Assembly (NCBI GenBank): GCA_964016885.1
Contig: OZ024742.1
Location: 335,978,001 to 336,042,000, forward strand
Origin: Eledone cirrhosa
Taxonomy: Eukaryota
Length of the DNA stretch: 64,000 nucleotides
Reading direction: 5' to 3'
Of the stretch, positions 1-14,464 are shown one piece after another. A model generated the notes under the pieces. That model was not told the origin of the DNA and searched no databases. It was given only the letters and a program-made list of their open reading frames with translations. Within the stretch, counting starts at the first letter, position 1. Every line of letters begins with the position of its first letter. The translations under genes and the position numbers were made by a program.

Positions 1-223
1 GAAAAAGCACAGCAACTCCTCCCCCCGATCCCGGACGGCTGGGAGATGCGTACACATCGTAGCCGCCGAAGATCGGTGCGAAGGCCCGTGCTTCGGAGAT
101 TCTGGTCTCGCTGATGGTCACTACATCTATGTTTAGTGACCTGAGGTCGTTGAGCAGGTGGCCCTGCTTCCATGACTACCCCAAGCCACGCGCATTTATG
201 CTGCCTATTCTGAGTGAGGTCAT
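1..223 (-). pseudogene. ORF2 N-terminus, APE endonuclease, in-frame TAG at codon 16
   Basis: Manual translation MTSLRIGSINARGLG*SWKQGHLLNDLRSLNIDVVTISETR...SGGGVAVLF. Confidence 0.85.
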
Positions 224-257
224 GTTGAAATGGAGTGGAAAAGATGGGAAAGACCAC

Positions 258-2212
258 TTACCCTACTTCTCGTAGAGGAAGGACGGTTTCTACATCCTTT
301 TCACTGCTTGTGGCCTCCTCAGGAAGGATGTCCTTATAAATCCTCCTGGAGAGTGCTTGTCGGAAGTCTCCGATGTCTTTGGGGAATTTTTGTTTTAGTG
401 TCAGGTACGTTTTCTGTGTGATGCAAGTGATTTGTATGTGTGGAGGTGGTGTGAACTTTTGGGTTGTTGTGTAGTCTTTTTCTGTGATGCTGGTGTTGTG
501 TTGGATGTAGTGTAATAATTGGTTGTTGTTCAAATTTAATGCTGTGTAGTGTGTATCGTTTTGGTTGTTTTGTTTTGTTTGTGTTTGTTGTGGGTTTGTT
601 TCTGTTTCGCTTTTTGGTGACTTTTGTGGTGTAGGTGATGGTGGTGTTGGGGTTAATGATGGTGATGTTGTTGGTGTTTGGGGTGATGGAGTTGGTGATG
701 CTGGTGTGGATGGTGGCATATCTGTCCTAACTTTTTTGTTTGATAGTTTATTTGTTTCCCTCTGTATTTTGTTTTTGGAGGGGGAAGGAAGAGAATTTTT
801 TCTTTTTTGGTTTCTTTTTTTCTTTTTTCCTGATACCGTTTCCCACTCCTCGTCGTCACAATCTGTCTCCAGTTGTGATAGGCCGGGGAATGGAAAATCC
901 TCCACAGGCGTTAGTTTTGGTTGTGGCGTGGTGGATGGTGTAGGCGCTGGTGCTAGTTCTGGCGCGTTGGGTGGTGGTGGTGTTGGTTTTGCTACTGTTG
1001 CTGGGGTTGTTGCTGTTACAGTTGCTTCTGTTGTTGCTGCTACAGTTGTTGCTGCCATCTTTGCTGCTGGTGGTGATGATAGTTGAGTCACTGGGGTGGG
1101 TAGCAGAGGTGGCCTCAACCTTTTAGCCTGAGGGCAGAAAGCCCTTAGGTGGGTTCCTTCACCACAAACGACACACCTAGGCCTTCTGCCCTCGACAATT
1201 ACGGTGAGGTGGCTGCCGTCAGTGAGGTCTATTACCTCTGGGATCTCCTCAATGCTTTTTTGGTCCGCTTGGATCAGGAGCTCCATCCCAGATCCGGACC
1301 AGTTCTCCTGCTTTTCTTTCGCTATTTCGATTATCTTGGTGTTGGCTTTGATGCCGGCGAGGACGGCAGCTATTAGCCAGGGAATTTCGATGGCCGGTGG
1401 AACGTGGGTGACCCTGATCTTTACGAGTCTCTCGCCACAATAGCTTGGGACGAGTGTGAAGTCGTCACTTCTTAATGGGGCCATGGAGTATTCTCTAGCC
1501 TCCTGTGGTGTTTCAAAGAACACGTCCACGGATCCATACTTCTGCCCACGTCTGACGTGGGTTTTTTTTGCCCACACATGTCCCAAAGCTTTTTGGATTT
1601 GGGACTCGGATGCCCGTTCCACTCGGCGCGATTTTATATTAATTGTTCGATAAGACACGGTGCATAGGCGCCGATGCTCCATTTTATTAGGTGGGGGGTG
1701 AGGCTGACCCTGTACCCATCTTTCTTTACCATTTTTTTGGCTTCTTCTAATTCCTCCTGAGTTACCTGAAATGCTTCGAACTGTTTTGCTACTCTGGCAA
1801 AACTCAGGGTGGTTTTCTTAATGTCATTGTTGCTGTTGTTGTTATCGTTATTTTTGTTATTATTAATTAGTTTCAGTTGTGGTGGTGGTGGCGTCAGTGG
1901 TGTTCGGTGTGGAAGAGTTCATTTTGGTTGAATTCATTTCGATATCACGAGTTAATTTATTTTTTTCTTTTGTTTCTGTTGTCGCGGTGGTGGTGGGGTG
2001 GTGGTTGTCGCGGTGGTGGTGGTGGTGGTGGTGGTGGCGGGTTTAACACCTGCAGTCATTGGTAATGGCGGGAAATGAATGTCTGCCTGAGACAAATTTA
2101 AAATATTGCTACTGCTTATATTTTTATTGTTGGCAAACGTAGTAATATTTACAATGGTGGTGTCAGTGTGAGGTGTTAGTTTGTGAGAAAGGAGTGACTC
2201 TGAGGCAGCCAT
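258..2212 (-). pseudogene. ORF1 (gag-like, zinc knuckle), open 258-1682 with a frameshifted N-terminal extension
   Basis: CVVCGEGTHLRAFC = CX2CX4HX4C; WETVSGKKKK basic motif; an upstream shifted frame reads TLSFARVAKQFEAFQVTQEELEEAKKMVKKDGYRVSLTPHLIK; ATG at 2212. Confidence 0.75.
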
Positions 2213-2453
2213 GATTTTTCAAAGAAAAATTTTTGTTTGATAATTATAAAAGTTTAAATTTTGGGCTCAAGGCCCCAATCTTTATGGGTGTCCTTTTCAG
2301 ATAACAATGTATGTGCACTTATATACAGTTAACAATAAAAATTTTCCATGAATGGCAATTTTAAACAACTGAAAATAACAAACTTTTGCGGAGCTCACGA
2401 TGATACGATTTACTATGTAGGTCGCCAATAATAATAATAATAATAATAATAAT

Positions 2454-3891
2454 ATATGTATGCAATTTGGTATTAGTAAGTGTGGAGTCCTTGTGATGAA
2501 GAGGGGTAAATTGAGCAGAAGCAACGGAATCCAGGTACCAACAGGTGAGATGATAAAGGAAATTGACACTGAAGAAGGATACAAGTATTTGGGTGTTCTG
2601 GAGGCTGATGACATCAAGAACAAACAAATGAAGGAATTGATAAGAACTGAATACATTCGGAGAGTAAGGAGCGTATTAAAGTCACACCTGAACAGTAGGA
2701 ATGCCATAAGTGCAGTAAATTCCCGAGCTGTGTCTATTATTAGGTACAGTGCGGGAATTCTGAGATGGAATGTTGCTGAACAAAAAGAAATGGATAGGAA
2801 GACTAGGAAGCTATTGATTATCTACAACATGTTCCACAAGAGGAGTGATGTCGATAGACTCTACTTAAGGAGATCTGAAGGTGGAAGAGGTCTTATCAGC
2901 ATAGAGGACTGTGTTCAGATGGAGAAAAACAACCTACACAAATACGTGACCGATAGTAAGGAGCCAATGCTCTGAATTGTACTGAAGGAGAAGACAATAG
3001 ACCAGGGGATGTCCAAGGAGGAAATAACAACAAGGAGAAAGAGCAGCCTTCATGAAAAATCCCTTCATAGTACCTTCTTTGAGAAAACTGAATTCAGAGA
3101 TCCACAGACATGGAACTGGTTGAAAAGAGGAGACCTTAAAAAGGCTACATAAGGAATGCTAATGGCTGCGCAAGAGCAGGCCCTCAAAACGAAGTGGTTG
3201 AAACACCATATTTACAAGGAGGACGCTAGCCCACTGTGCAGGATCTGTGGAGAGAAAGAGGAGACTGTGGCTCACATTGTATCCGAGTGTAAACACCTAG
3301 CCCAGACTCACTATAAGGGCTGGAGACATGATGTGATGCGCATGGTGATCCACTGGCACCTATGCAAAGTAAACAATTTACCACATTCTGAGAAGTGGTA
3401 TGAGCATAAGCCAGAGTCGGTGATACAAAACGATCAGGTGAAGGTGCTGTGGGATTTTAGGATACAGACGGACAAGAAACTGGAACACAATAGACCTGAC
3501 CTGGTGGTTTTGGACAAGGAAAAAAGATCGTGCCTGATTGTGGATGTGGCCTGCCCTTTCGACACGAGAGTGCAAGAGAAGGAGAGGGAGAAAATTAACC
3601 GATACCAGGACTTGAAGTGGGAGGTAAAAAGGATTTTGAACTGCCATGAAGTCAAAGTGGTCCCGATTGTCATAGGCGCACTAGGTACTATCTCAAAAAG
3701 TTTCCAGGGATGGTTAAAGAAAATTGGCCCCGCCACGCTTTTTGGAACGCTTCAAAAGGCATGCTTGCTGGGAACAGCAAGAACCCTCCGATACGTCCTG
3801 AATATCTGAGGCTTCAGGTAGTGGCTTGATATTCATTTCAACAAACTTTCCAGTTAACTAACATCAATGACTGAGACTCAAAGAACAATGG
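2454..3891 (+). mobile_element. 5'-truncated R4/Dong-like non-LTR retrotransposon (RT C-terminus, CCHC, restriction-like endonuclease)
   Basis: YKYLG; CRICGEKEETVAHIVSEC; RHD; RPDLVV..DVACP..EK..RY. One frame 2460-3809 with stops at 2973 and 3150; (TAA)n on both sides. Confidence 0.85.
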
Positions 3892-3917
3892 TAATAATAA
3901 TAATAATCATAATAATC

Positions 3918-3959
<42 letters not shown>
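3892..3959. repeat. (TAA)n microsatellite between two retroelement 3' ends
   Basis: Direct read. Confidence 0.95.
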
Positions 3960-3962
<3 letters not shown>

Positions 3963-5843
3963 TCTTTATTAACCACAAGGGTTTACATAAAGTAGACATT
4001 AAGGACAGTTCAGGACAATACAGGGCGGTACAAATGGGCATTTCTGCGTGTAAAAAACAAAAACAGAGGATGTAACAAAAAAATAACAATGAAAAATTCC
4101 CCAATACGGGGGAGACTTCCGAAGTACATTCGTAGAGAAAGCCCATTAAACATCCACAGTGACCCTGACCGCCAGGGAAAGTGCCCTCTCCCAGTTTTCC
4201 ACCTTTAATTTACAGACACATACTCAGAGTAGGCCCATTCACTCGGGCTATTCTTGCCTCTCTCACCCATCTTTCAACAAAATCCTGGGAAGAGAGCACT
4301 TCCTTCTCTACCCTGATTTTCCTTTTCAAATGAAATTTGAAAAGGTTAATCAGGGCATCACCGAAGAGGTAAGTGCTCGTCTTCAGCCCTTTCAAACGTG
4401 TCCACCATACTATCTCTTTCGCCATGGCCACCAGACAGATAAAAACTTCCTGCCCTTCCCGGCTAAAGGAAGAGGGCGGGGCAATCGTCACGATGGACTC
4501 AGCTAATAGCTGGATCCGTCCTACACGCGACAGCAGGTGTTCGACATAAACCCACAAGTCAGCAATGCTCGGACACTGGACGAATCCGTGCAGGACGGTT
4601 TCGTCGCCCTGCGCGCATCTCGGAGATGCCCGGCTGACGGCACGTCCATGCCTGTAGCGTTTATCCAGAACTGGCAAAGCTCCTCGGTAGCACTGCCAGA
4701 CCAAGGATTTCTGGAAGTTGTCTATAAGCCCCGGCCCGAAAGTTCTTCCTAAGAGATTGGCTAGTTGATTTTCGTCGACGCCTAGAGTAGTCGTTCTTCC
4801 CCTCCACTAATCCTCTATAGAATGCCAAGGTGCAGTTTCCACCGATCACATTGCCCCATTGGTCGAGGGCTGTGAGCGCCTGAACACATTCCAGTCTCCA
4901 AGCGCTCCCTCTCGGTCTTCGCTTGACCCAAGACTGCAGCTCCGTCAAGGGGACGAGCTGGGAAAGACGCGTCTAGCAAACGGCGACAACACCTGATCAC
5001 CGTCGAGGAAGAGGTGGAGATGTCGTAGCCTGAGCGCGTGTCTGCGCATCATCAGCCACGGCATGCTCGGCCCTCCACGTAGCGGGTGTTGACAGCAGAT
5101 GGACCCCCTGACCATTGGAGCGCGTCCCTTCCACAAAAAGCGAAAGAGCAAACGCTCCAGCGCAGTCAGGTGGGGCTTAGGACAAAGTACGACAGTCAGG
5201 CGGTAGTAGATGACGGACGCGATGTACGCGTTAGCCACCTCCGCTCGACCTTTCAGGGATAGCTACCTCTCCTCCCATTTCTGGGTGAGAGAAGCCACCC
5301 TGCTCGTCACCTCGTCCCAGTTTTTGTCAGTCTGGAGGTCCGGACCGACCCAGACCCCTAGCAATTTAACCGGCCCGTCCGTCCAGCGCCCAATGACGCT
5401 GTTGGACGGCATGGACCTGCCTCTCCAGGTGCCGAGCTGCAGGCCCACTGACTTTTCCTGGTTGATCATTGTTCCTGTCACCGCTTCGTATTCTCTTAGT
5501 GTAGTGCGGATCGCCTCGATGTGTTTGGCGTTCGACACCACTACGGTGACATCGTCCGCATATGCTGACACGGATCTTCCGCATCCTAGTTCGCGCGGGA
5601 GCCCCCCTCAACGTCTCCAGTTTGTGCAGTAATGGCTCGAGAGTCAATACGTACAAGAGGGACGAGAGGGGTCATCCTTGGCGCACCGAGCGCATGTTGT
5701 TGAACGGTTCCGAAAGGTGACCGTTCACTCTCACCACAGAGCAGATGTCTCTGTGCATGGCAGCGATCCAGCCTCTGAAGACGGGCCCAAAGCCAGCCGC
5801 CCTCACCACTGCCGCTAGGTAACGATGGTCGACCCTATCGAAA
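3960..5843 (-). mobile_element. 5'-truncated Tx1/L1-clade ORF2 (RT + C-terminal zinc finger) and 3'UTR, frameshifted
   Basis: FDRVDH, RQG*PLS, SAYADDV, PRCAQGDETVLHGFVQCP; ends AATAAAGAAAG(TAT)n; (TAA)n at both ends. Confidence 0.85.
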
Positions 5844-5900
5844 ATAATAATAATAATAATAATAAGGAGTGTGATTATAGTTTAATGTAAAGAATGTTAA

Positions 5901-6092
5901 TAATTGTTTCTACTTTAGGCACAAGGCCAGCAATTACCCAGTACATTACTGGTACTTTATTTCATCGACCTCGTAAGAATGAAAGGCAAAGTTAACCTCG
6001 GCGGGATTTGAACTCAGAATGGCAAGGGCCGTAACTCTATACGTCAAAGCATGGCGTCCGAACCTCTACCGATACTGCCAATCCACCACCCT
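5901..6092 (-). mobile_element. tRNA-derived SINE, dominant family in this window
   Basis: A-box-like TGGCAGTATCGG, B-box GAGTTCAAATCC, central CTTTCATCCTTACGGGGTCGATAAAATAAAGTACC consensus, ATT tail; ~20 copies in window. Confidence 0.9.
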
Positions 6093-6517
6093 GATAATAA
6101 TAATGTCCGTTTACAATTGTTTCGCTACTCCATATAATGTTTCTGGATCAATTGATTATAGATCATTATTGATCTGGTTTAGATGAAGATAAGAAACTTA
6201 GGTAAAAAATGGAGCGGCTCCTCAGAACTTCAAAGGATAATGAAAATATTTATAAATATACTATGGAATAAGAAATATAAAGTAAAGTAAACACGACGGT
6301 GTTTTGGATTTATTTAATTTTTGTTATAGGCAAGCATTATTCATCTGTCGAGGCTGTATTGAGCGATGTCTGCCTATGCATAACAAAATGGCCGCCTGAG
6401 GATATTTACTTCATTTTTCCTATTTTTTCTCTTCTCTTATATTTTTGTCATATGTTGACTGTACACTTTCTTGTTTACAAGTGTTTTTAGGCCTCATATC
6501 ATGTTACCTTATTTTAT

Positions 6518-6570
6518 CTGATGAGAACACAATTTTTGTCCCAGGATGATGTTGTTTTCGAAATGCGCAT
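6518..6570 (+). ncRNA. Hammerhead-like motif, probable decayed PLE 3' end
   Basis: CTGATGA-GAACACAAT...GTTGTTTTC-GAAA; followed by AATAAA and (ATGT)n. Confidence 0.45.
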
Positions 6571-6621
6571 AATAAAATATATGGAACTTTTTTAACGATC
6601 TTTTAATTTCTTCTTTATATT

Positions 6622-8170
<1,549 letters not shown>

Positions 8171-8506
8171 AGTGTATAGATTCGCAGTTATCTGTACCTT
8201 TCCGTTTATATTCACAATCAATTTATGAGTACAACAACATCAAACACAATAAAACAGATTTAGCTAATGTTGTTAAAACAGTGTGAGGTCAAAGAGACTA
8301 CTACCGAACATTATAAATAATATCTGTGATAAATAGTTTAGAAAAACTAAATTTTCTCTGTCAATTTTCCATACAAATTACAATTTCATGGTCGGTGTGT
8401 TCTATCTGTCCTGTATTTTTCACTATCCAAGGGTAGACAACTAACACTTCATGCGTGGATTAATGTATGTATGTACTTCTGGTTTTATTATCTTATAAAT
8501 GTTCAG

Positions 8507-8719
8507 TGCGATGGATTGGCAGTATCGGTAGAGAGTCGGAACCATAATTTGCAGCACAGAGTTACGGTCTTTTACGGTCTGAGTTCAAATCCGTGTGTGG
8601 TTAACTTTGCCTTCCATCCTTACAGGGGTCTATAAAATAAAGCACCAGTAACGTACTGAGGTCGATTTAATCGACTTTCTCTCCCCCAAATGTCTGGCCT
8701 TGTGCTTATACAAGAAATC
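8507..8719 (+). mobile_element. SINE with 20-bp target-site duplication
   Basis: ATTATCTTATAAATGTTCAG at 8487-8506 and 8720-8739. Confidence 0.9.
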
Positions 8720-8775
8720 ATTATCTTATAAATGTTCAGAAATCGATATATGTATATATATATATAAATATATAT

Positions 8776-10884
8776 AGGAACAAGTATGGCCCCGACGGCA
8801 GAGCTCAAGCCGTTTCGACGGCTAATTCTGGACTAAATAAGAATTTTTAGCCTGGTAAATAAATAGCCGAACTTCTATATGGGAAGTTAGTAATTGTCAA
8901 AAGGATTGGTCAAAAGTGTGTTGTAAAGACATGATTCTATCATGGCATTTAGTGGGAGGTAGGGGTAGCTGAACTTGCCGGTAGAACAAAGAGGGAGTGG
9001 GGGAAACCCAGTCAAGCGTTGAAAGTGAAATCTATACAGCAGATTCTAAAGATAGTGTGTAGAAGGTCGAAAAAAGTGTACTAGAGAAGGGGAGGGGGGG
9101 GGGGGGTGAAAGAATAGGTAAATCGAAAGGGGGTAAACAAAAAAGCCATTATAAAAATGAGATAACAAATAATTTCTGGTTACTACTCCATCCCCACAAT
9201 CACCAAATCTCTCATTGGTATTGCTAAGCTATAGAAAAGTTTAATAGGTGGAGAAAAATACTAAATACGAGATTGTAGTAAAAGAATTTTATAAAGCCAT
9301 CTTTACAGGGGGTCTAACACCACTGCTATAGTTAGTAGTAATCAGCCAATGCTATCTTACAATGACAGGTTAATAAGTTGAGGACAAACATACTAAAAAA
9401 CTAATACGAAATATTAATTCAGAATACTAATACATAAATACTAATATATAAATACTAATGCAAAAATACTACTAAGAAATTTAGAAATCACGGAAATGGA
9501 GCAGCAACCAGAAAGAAAACAATTTACTGGGGTCTAACAGATCTGCTATAAAAATCGTAATCGGCCAATTCTATCTTAAAATTAGGGGGGGGGGGGCTAC
9601 AGAGGACCGATGGGCTGTATCGGGGTGGGCGAAAAGGTGAAAAAAAAAAAGAGACCAGGAAGGAGATGTGGGGTGAAAGGACTAGGAAGAGATGGGGGGG
9701 AAGAAGGAAATATAGAGGAAAAGATTTTAAAAAAAAAAAAGTTACGTCTACCTTTGTAAGCAGGGGTTACCCCTTACAAAATCGGCAAGTGGGCTGTTTC
9801 AGCCCTTGTCTACCCCCCTCCCCCCCGGGTCATTATGGGGTTTGAGGGTGAGGTAAGTCCTACGCAATCTTTTCGCTCACCCCGATGCAGCCCATCGGTC
9901 CTCTGTAGCCTCAGTACCCCCACCCCCCTAAATTTAAGATAGAATTGGCCGATTACGCTTTTTATAGCAGATGTGTTAGACCCCAGATAATTGCTTTCTT
10001 TCTGGTTGCTGCTCCATTTCCGTGATTTCTAAATTTCTTAGTGGTATTTTGCATTAGTATTCTTGTATTAGTATTTATGTATTAGTATTCTGAATTAATA
10101 TTTCGTATTAGTTTTTTAGTATGTTTGTCCTCAACTTATTAACCTGTCATTGTAAGATAGCATTGGCTGATTACTACTAACTATAGCAGTGGTGTTAGAC
10201 CCCCTGTAAAGATGGCTTTATAAAATTCTTTCACTACAATCTCGTATTTAGTACTTTTCTCCACCTATTAAACTTTTCTATAGCTTGGCAATACCAATGA
10301 GAGATTTGGTGATTGTGGGGATGGAGTAGTAACCAGAAATTATTTTTTATATATTTATTTCCTCATTTACATAATGGCTTTTTTGTTTACTCCCTTTCGA
10401 TTTACCTATTCTTTCAACCCCCCCCCCTTCTCCCGTACACTTTTTTTCGACTCAGACAAACACATACAGACATACATAGGTATGGCTTTATCAAATTCTT
10501 TCACTACAAGCTGTATAGAATCTGCTGTATAGATTTCACTTTCAACGCTTGACTGGGTTTCCCCCATTCCCTCTTTGTTCTACCGGCAAGTTCAGCTACC
10601 CATACCTCCCACTAAATGCCATGATAGAATCATTTGTCTTTACAACAAACTTTTGACCAATCCTTTTGACAATTACTATCTTCCCATATATGGAATTACC
10701 CCCTGAGAAGTTCGGCTATTTATTTACCAGGCTAAAAATTCTTATTTAGTCCAGAAATAGCCGTCGAAACGGCTTGAGCTCTGCCGTCGGGGCCATACTT
10801 GTTCCTATTACCCACTCTACTACCCTGAGTATTGAGTACTTTGGTGCGTTATGGTCCATCTGGTTCCTTACCACATTTCCTTCG

Positions 10885-10886
<2 letters not shown>
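8776..10886 (+). mobile_element. Non-coding PLE-type inverted element in (TA)n
   Basis: Arms 8776-9636 / 9868-10806, unique 80-bp tail 10807-10886, hammerhead fold in right arm. Confidence 0.8.
10690..10797 (+). ncRNA. Type I hammerhead ribozyme fold (core CUGAGAA variant)
   Basis: Stem I CCCC/GGGG plus TATGG/CCATA; stem II CGGCTATTT/AAATAGCCG; GAAA; stem III ACGGC/GCCGT; GUC site at 10786-10788. Confidence 0.75.
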
Positions 10887-10958
<72 letters not shown>

Positions 10959-11599
10959 GGTTTCTAACATATAGACAAGTCTTGTTCATTGTAATTGAGA
11001 CATCAACTAGGTAACTACCTATGTACGCCTGTATGTGTTTGTCTGAGTGTGTGTGAGGGTATGTGTGTTATTGGATATTTGGATCTGTATGTTTTGAGTT
11101 ATATGCGTTTTGTTGTGGTTCTGGCCTCCCCTGAACCAATTGCATAACCTTCATATTTCCTCATCATAAAGGACAAAGGGTTTACTGACAGTACAAATAG
11201 CATCACAAAGAGACTTAAAATACACGTCTGCAATATTCTATTTTATCTGTGACAATATAGTTCGCCTTTTTATTTGATATCAGGATAAGCATGCAGCTTT
11301 TCATCCATGCATTCGTTGCGTATTGTTGGGATTAACCTGAAAATCTAGTCTCTACTAAAATTCCCAAATCGGCTTGTCTCATATAGCCTCTGACAACCGA
11401 GGCTCAGCTCATGGCCTTCCAGTATATATGTAAACATAGGGAGACACAAAACAGGCTTTGTTTACAAACAGCTGGCGAATTTGAAAATTAGGTAGTAACA
11501 TGAATTTACACTCAAGATATCCCTAACAATGTTTCGTTCTTAAAACTTCAAACCTGCATATAATGTAGTATAGGAAAGGTAGAAACACCGAGGTACGAG

Positions 11600-11725
11600 G
11601 TAGATGACTGGTATTGACTGGACAAAGGTCTGACAACCATTTCATCCGACTTCCTGCATTCAGAGCTCAAATCCCGCCGAGGTCAACTTTGCCTTTTATC
11701 CCTTCAAGATCGATGAATAAAATAA
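11600..11725 (+). mobile_element. Degenerate SINE
   Basis: GAGCTCAAATCCCGCCGAGGTCAACTTTGCCTTT...GATGAATAAAATAAC. Confidence 0.7.
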
Positions 11726-11766
11726 CTGAGAGCGTCACACACACCCAGAGAGAGAGAGAGAGAGAT

Positions 11767-11805
<39 letters not shown>

Positions 11806-12245
11806 TGTATATACTATACTCGTATATGTGTTTTTGCAGAAGACAAGCTGACGTCAATGCATGCAAATCTTCCTATTCGACTTATATATATATATATATG
11901 TACTTGTGTGTGTAGCTGTGTATGCTTGTGGTTATGTGTAGACAGATAGAAACGCGAATTCACAGATATAGATACAAATAGTCACGCACACGGCAATACT
12001 CTGCCAGAAACATCAAATTGTGAAACTAAGTGACTAACTAGAAAAACTGTGTTAAGCATAATATAATCTTTAACGTTGCATGAATACATTATACGAGGCA
12101 ATGAAGCAGGAAATATATCTTGATAGAAGTGCAAATAGTCTTGTTTGCATTTCAATAATGTTTGAGTATGCAAATATATAAATACGTATATTTATATATT
12201 TATACACGTACACACATAAACACATGCATATGTATATAATACACA

Positions 12246-12291
<46 letters not shown>

Positions 12292-12292
<1 letters not shown>

Positions 12293-12491
12293 GTTATTCC
12301 GGGTTGAATCGGAGGTAACCACAGTAAGTAAGGTACTCAATACATAGCAGAGTATAACAGTTTTAATATAGATGAGATTCTACAGGACTAGAACTGTTTC
12401 ATTCATTAGAAATCATCCGGAATCAGAGATTCCTGATGATTTCTAATGAATGAAACAGTTCTAGTCCTGTAGAATCTCATCTATATTAAAA
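12292..12491 (-). mobile_element. Hairpin-plus-tail PLE remnant in (TA)n with a hammerhead core
   Basis: 64-bp arms 12361-12424 / 12428-12491 (1 mismatch, 3-nt loop); CTGATGA..GAAAC at 12433-12456; tail 12292-12360. Confidence 0.8.
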
Positions 12492-12611
12492 ATATATATA
12501 TATATATATATATATGCATATGCAAAGGGCATACTGAAATAACAAAGCAAACAACACAGTACAATGAAGAAATATATTATTAGTTTTACACTTGATGTAA
12601 GAGGAAAAAAG

Positions 12612-12647
12612 TTTTAACACTTCGGACGTTAGTCCTTCATCAGAAAA
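12612..12647 (-). ncRNA. Minimal hammerhead-like motif, decayed
   Basis: TTTCTGATGA-A-GGAC taac GTCC-GAAGTGTTA-AAA. Confidence 0.55.
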
Positions 12648-13347
12648 TAGAATGCGAAATTAAAACAGAAATAAAAGATTAGAGGACAGTGGGTAGTGGC
12701 AGAAACGAAAAAATATTCCTTCGAGGAAGAACAGATTTATTCAAGTTGCCATCGCTTAAAACGCTGCTGAATCTGGCGTTGGTGTATAAGACGATCGGTT
12801 GGTCTTGTAAAACAAGACAGTGATCGAATGCATCTAGCTGAAAAGAAGAAAATCGTTTTCTATATAGAGCGTGTGCGTATTTGTTGTTTGTCCGTACGAT
12901 GCTAAGAGGATATGTGTTTATATATAAGTTTAAGTGAATGTGTGTGTGAGTGCAGGCGCGCGTGTATTTTGTTGAGTGTGCGAAGCTGTGAGGATATGTC
13001 TATGTATACGTTTAAGATGATATGTGTATGTTAGTTGTTGGTCCGTACAGAGCTGTAAGGGTAAGTGTAAAGATGTGTGAGTGTTTGGGGTTGGTCTGTA
13101 CAAGCTGTAAGCGTGTGAGCTTCTGACCATAACAGAGCCATAGGAACCTAAGGGGTGAATGTGCGCGCGCATGTGTGATGGTAGGGATGGTAGGGATGTG
13201 TGCTATATATATATATATACCTGCATCCCCACCCCCCACCCACACACACACATATATATATATATATCAAATGAAGCAACGGAGTAAACGACTCGCGTTG
13301 TAAAAATACCCTGTAATGAAAAAGTATGTTCATTTCATGTATTCTCT

Positions 13348-13399
<52 letters not shown>

Positions 13400-13402
<3 letters not shown>

Positions 13403-13522
13403 TTGTTTTCGCTCTTAACGTGGGGGATAACTAAATGTATTCGTGAGTAATAATAGTAATAATAGTATATAATATTAATAATATTATGATATTATTATAT
13501 TGTTATTCACTCATGAATACAT
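13400..13522 (-). mobile_element. Small degenerate hairpin-plus-tail insert in (TA)n
   Basis: ATGTATTCGTGAGT (13435) / ACTCATGAATACAT (13522) closing an AT-rich stem; tail 13400-13434. Confidence 0.6.
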
Positions 13523-13636
13523 ACATATATATATATACATATATATATGGTGGCTGCCAACTCGTTTTCGAGTACGGCCACTACTTTATATCCATGTAGG
13601 GAAACCTCTACCAATGTGCTGAACGAGTGTGACTTT

Positions 13637-14157
13637 TCAGTCCAGCCAGCGACTTGAAAACTCTAGTACAAACACTACACTTGTAACAATTATTGACACA
13701 CAGTGCTGGGCCCATGGTACCCTGTGACGACAAGTGCAGAGAGATCTCCAGATATAAAGCAATGCCTGTGCCGTGAAGCTTTTATAGTGAGCAAAGGCAC
13801 TGCACAAAGCCAGTCCCACTCTCTTAACCAAGATGATATTTACCAAAAAGAAGAACAAGTCAACATCATTGGATACCATCAGGGTTGCAGGTGTTATATC
13901 AGAGTTTTCCTTCTCCTAGAATTCTGCCTTGACAAAGGCTAAGGGGTCATCTCTCCCAGTGATTTTGGATGGCCATTGACTCTTAAGAGCTCCTTTGCCC
14001 TTTGACAGGTTTTGTTTTTAGTCCTGCAGGATGTCCAAAGTCACCCTCCTCACCAAGAAACCTTGGTGGGGTTGCCAGTTTAGTCGTCAACGACCCGACC
14101 ATGAGACAGGTTGTACTGGGATACATGTTACCAGTAGCACCAAGTGGTGACCTGACA
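13637..14157 (-). mobile_element. Probable RTE-related 5'UTR or non-autonomous repeat
   Basis: CTAGGAGAAGGAAAACTCTGA motif recalled from RTE-type 5'UTRs; no ORF support. Confidence 0.35.
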
Positions 14158-14194
14158 TATACATATATATATACATACATACATACATACATAT

Positions 14195-14362
14195 ATACAA
14201 TATGTTGAAAAGGTAACACACTAGAGAGAGATAGTGCGCCATCAATAAAGCAGTGTGTTACCTTTTCAACATATTGTATTTTAACGAGCCCAGGATTCCT
14301 TCACCTTTGAGCACATATTGACAGGGAATAGCGAGAGTCTATGGCTCCGTTAATTTATCGTG
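14195..14362 (+). mobile_element. Hairpin-plus-tail insert in (TA)n
   Basis: Perfect 28-bp arms 14195-14222 / 14252-14279; AATAAA in loop; tail 14280-14362. Confidence 0.75.
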
Positions 14363-14383
14363 ATATATATATATATATATATA

Positions 14384-14464
<81 letters not shown>

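Larger units (their letters stand above)
1..2426 (-). mobile_element. Tx1/L1-clade non-LTR retrotransposon, 5' portion (5'UTR, ORF1, start of ORF2); runs off the window
   Basis: Gag-like ORF1 with CCHC knuckle followed 35 bp later by an APE endonuclease start; 5' end abuts (AAT)n at 2427. Confidence 0.85.

Noticed and set aside
2973-3152. In-frame TGA in the Dong-like ORF as selenocysteine or readthrough
   Set aside because: A TAA also interrupts the frame at 3150; ordinary decay of a truncated copy.
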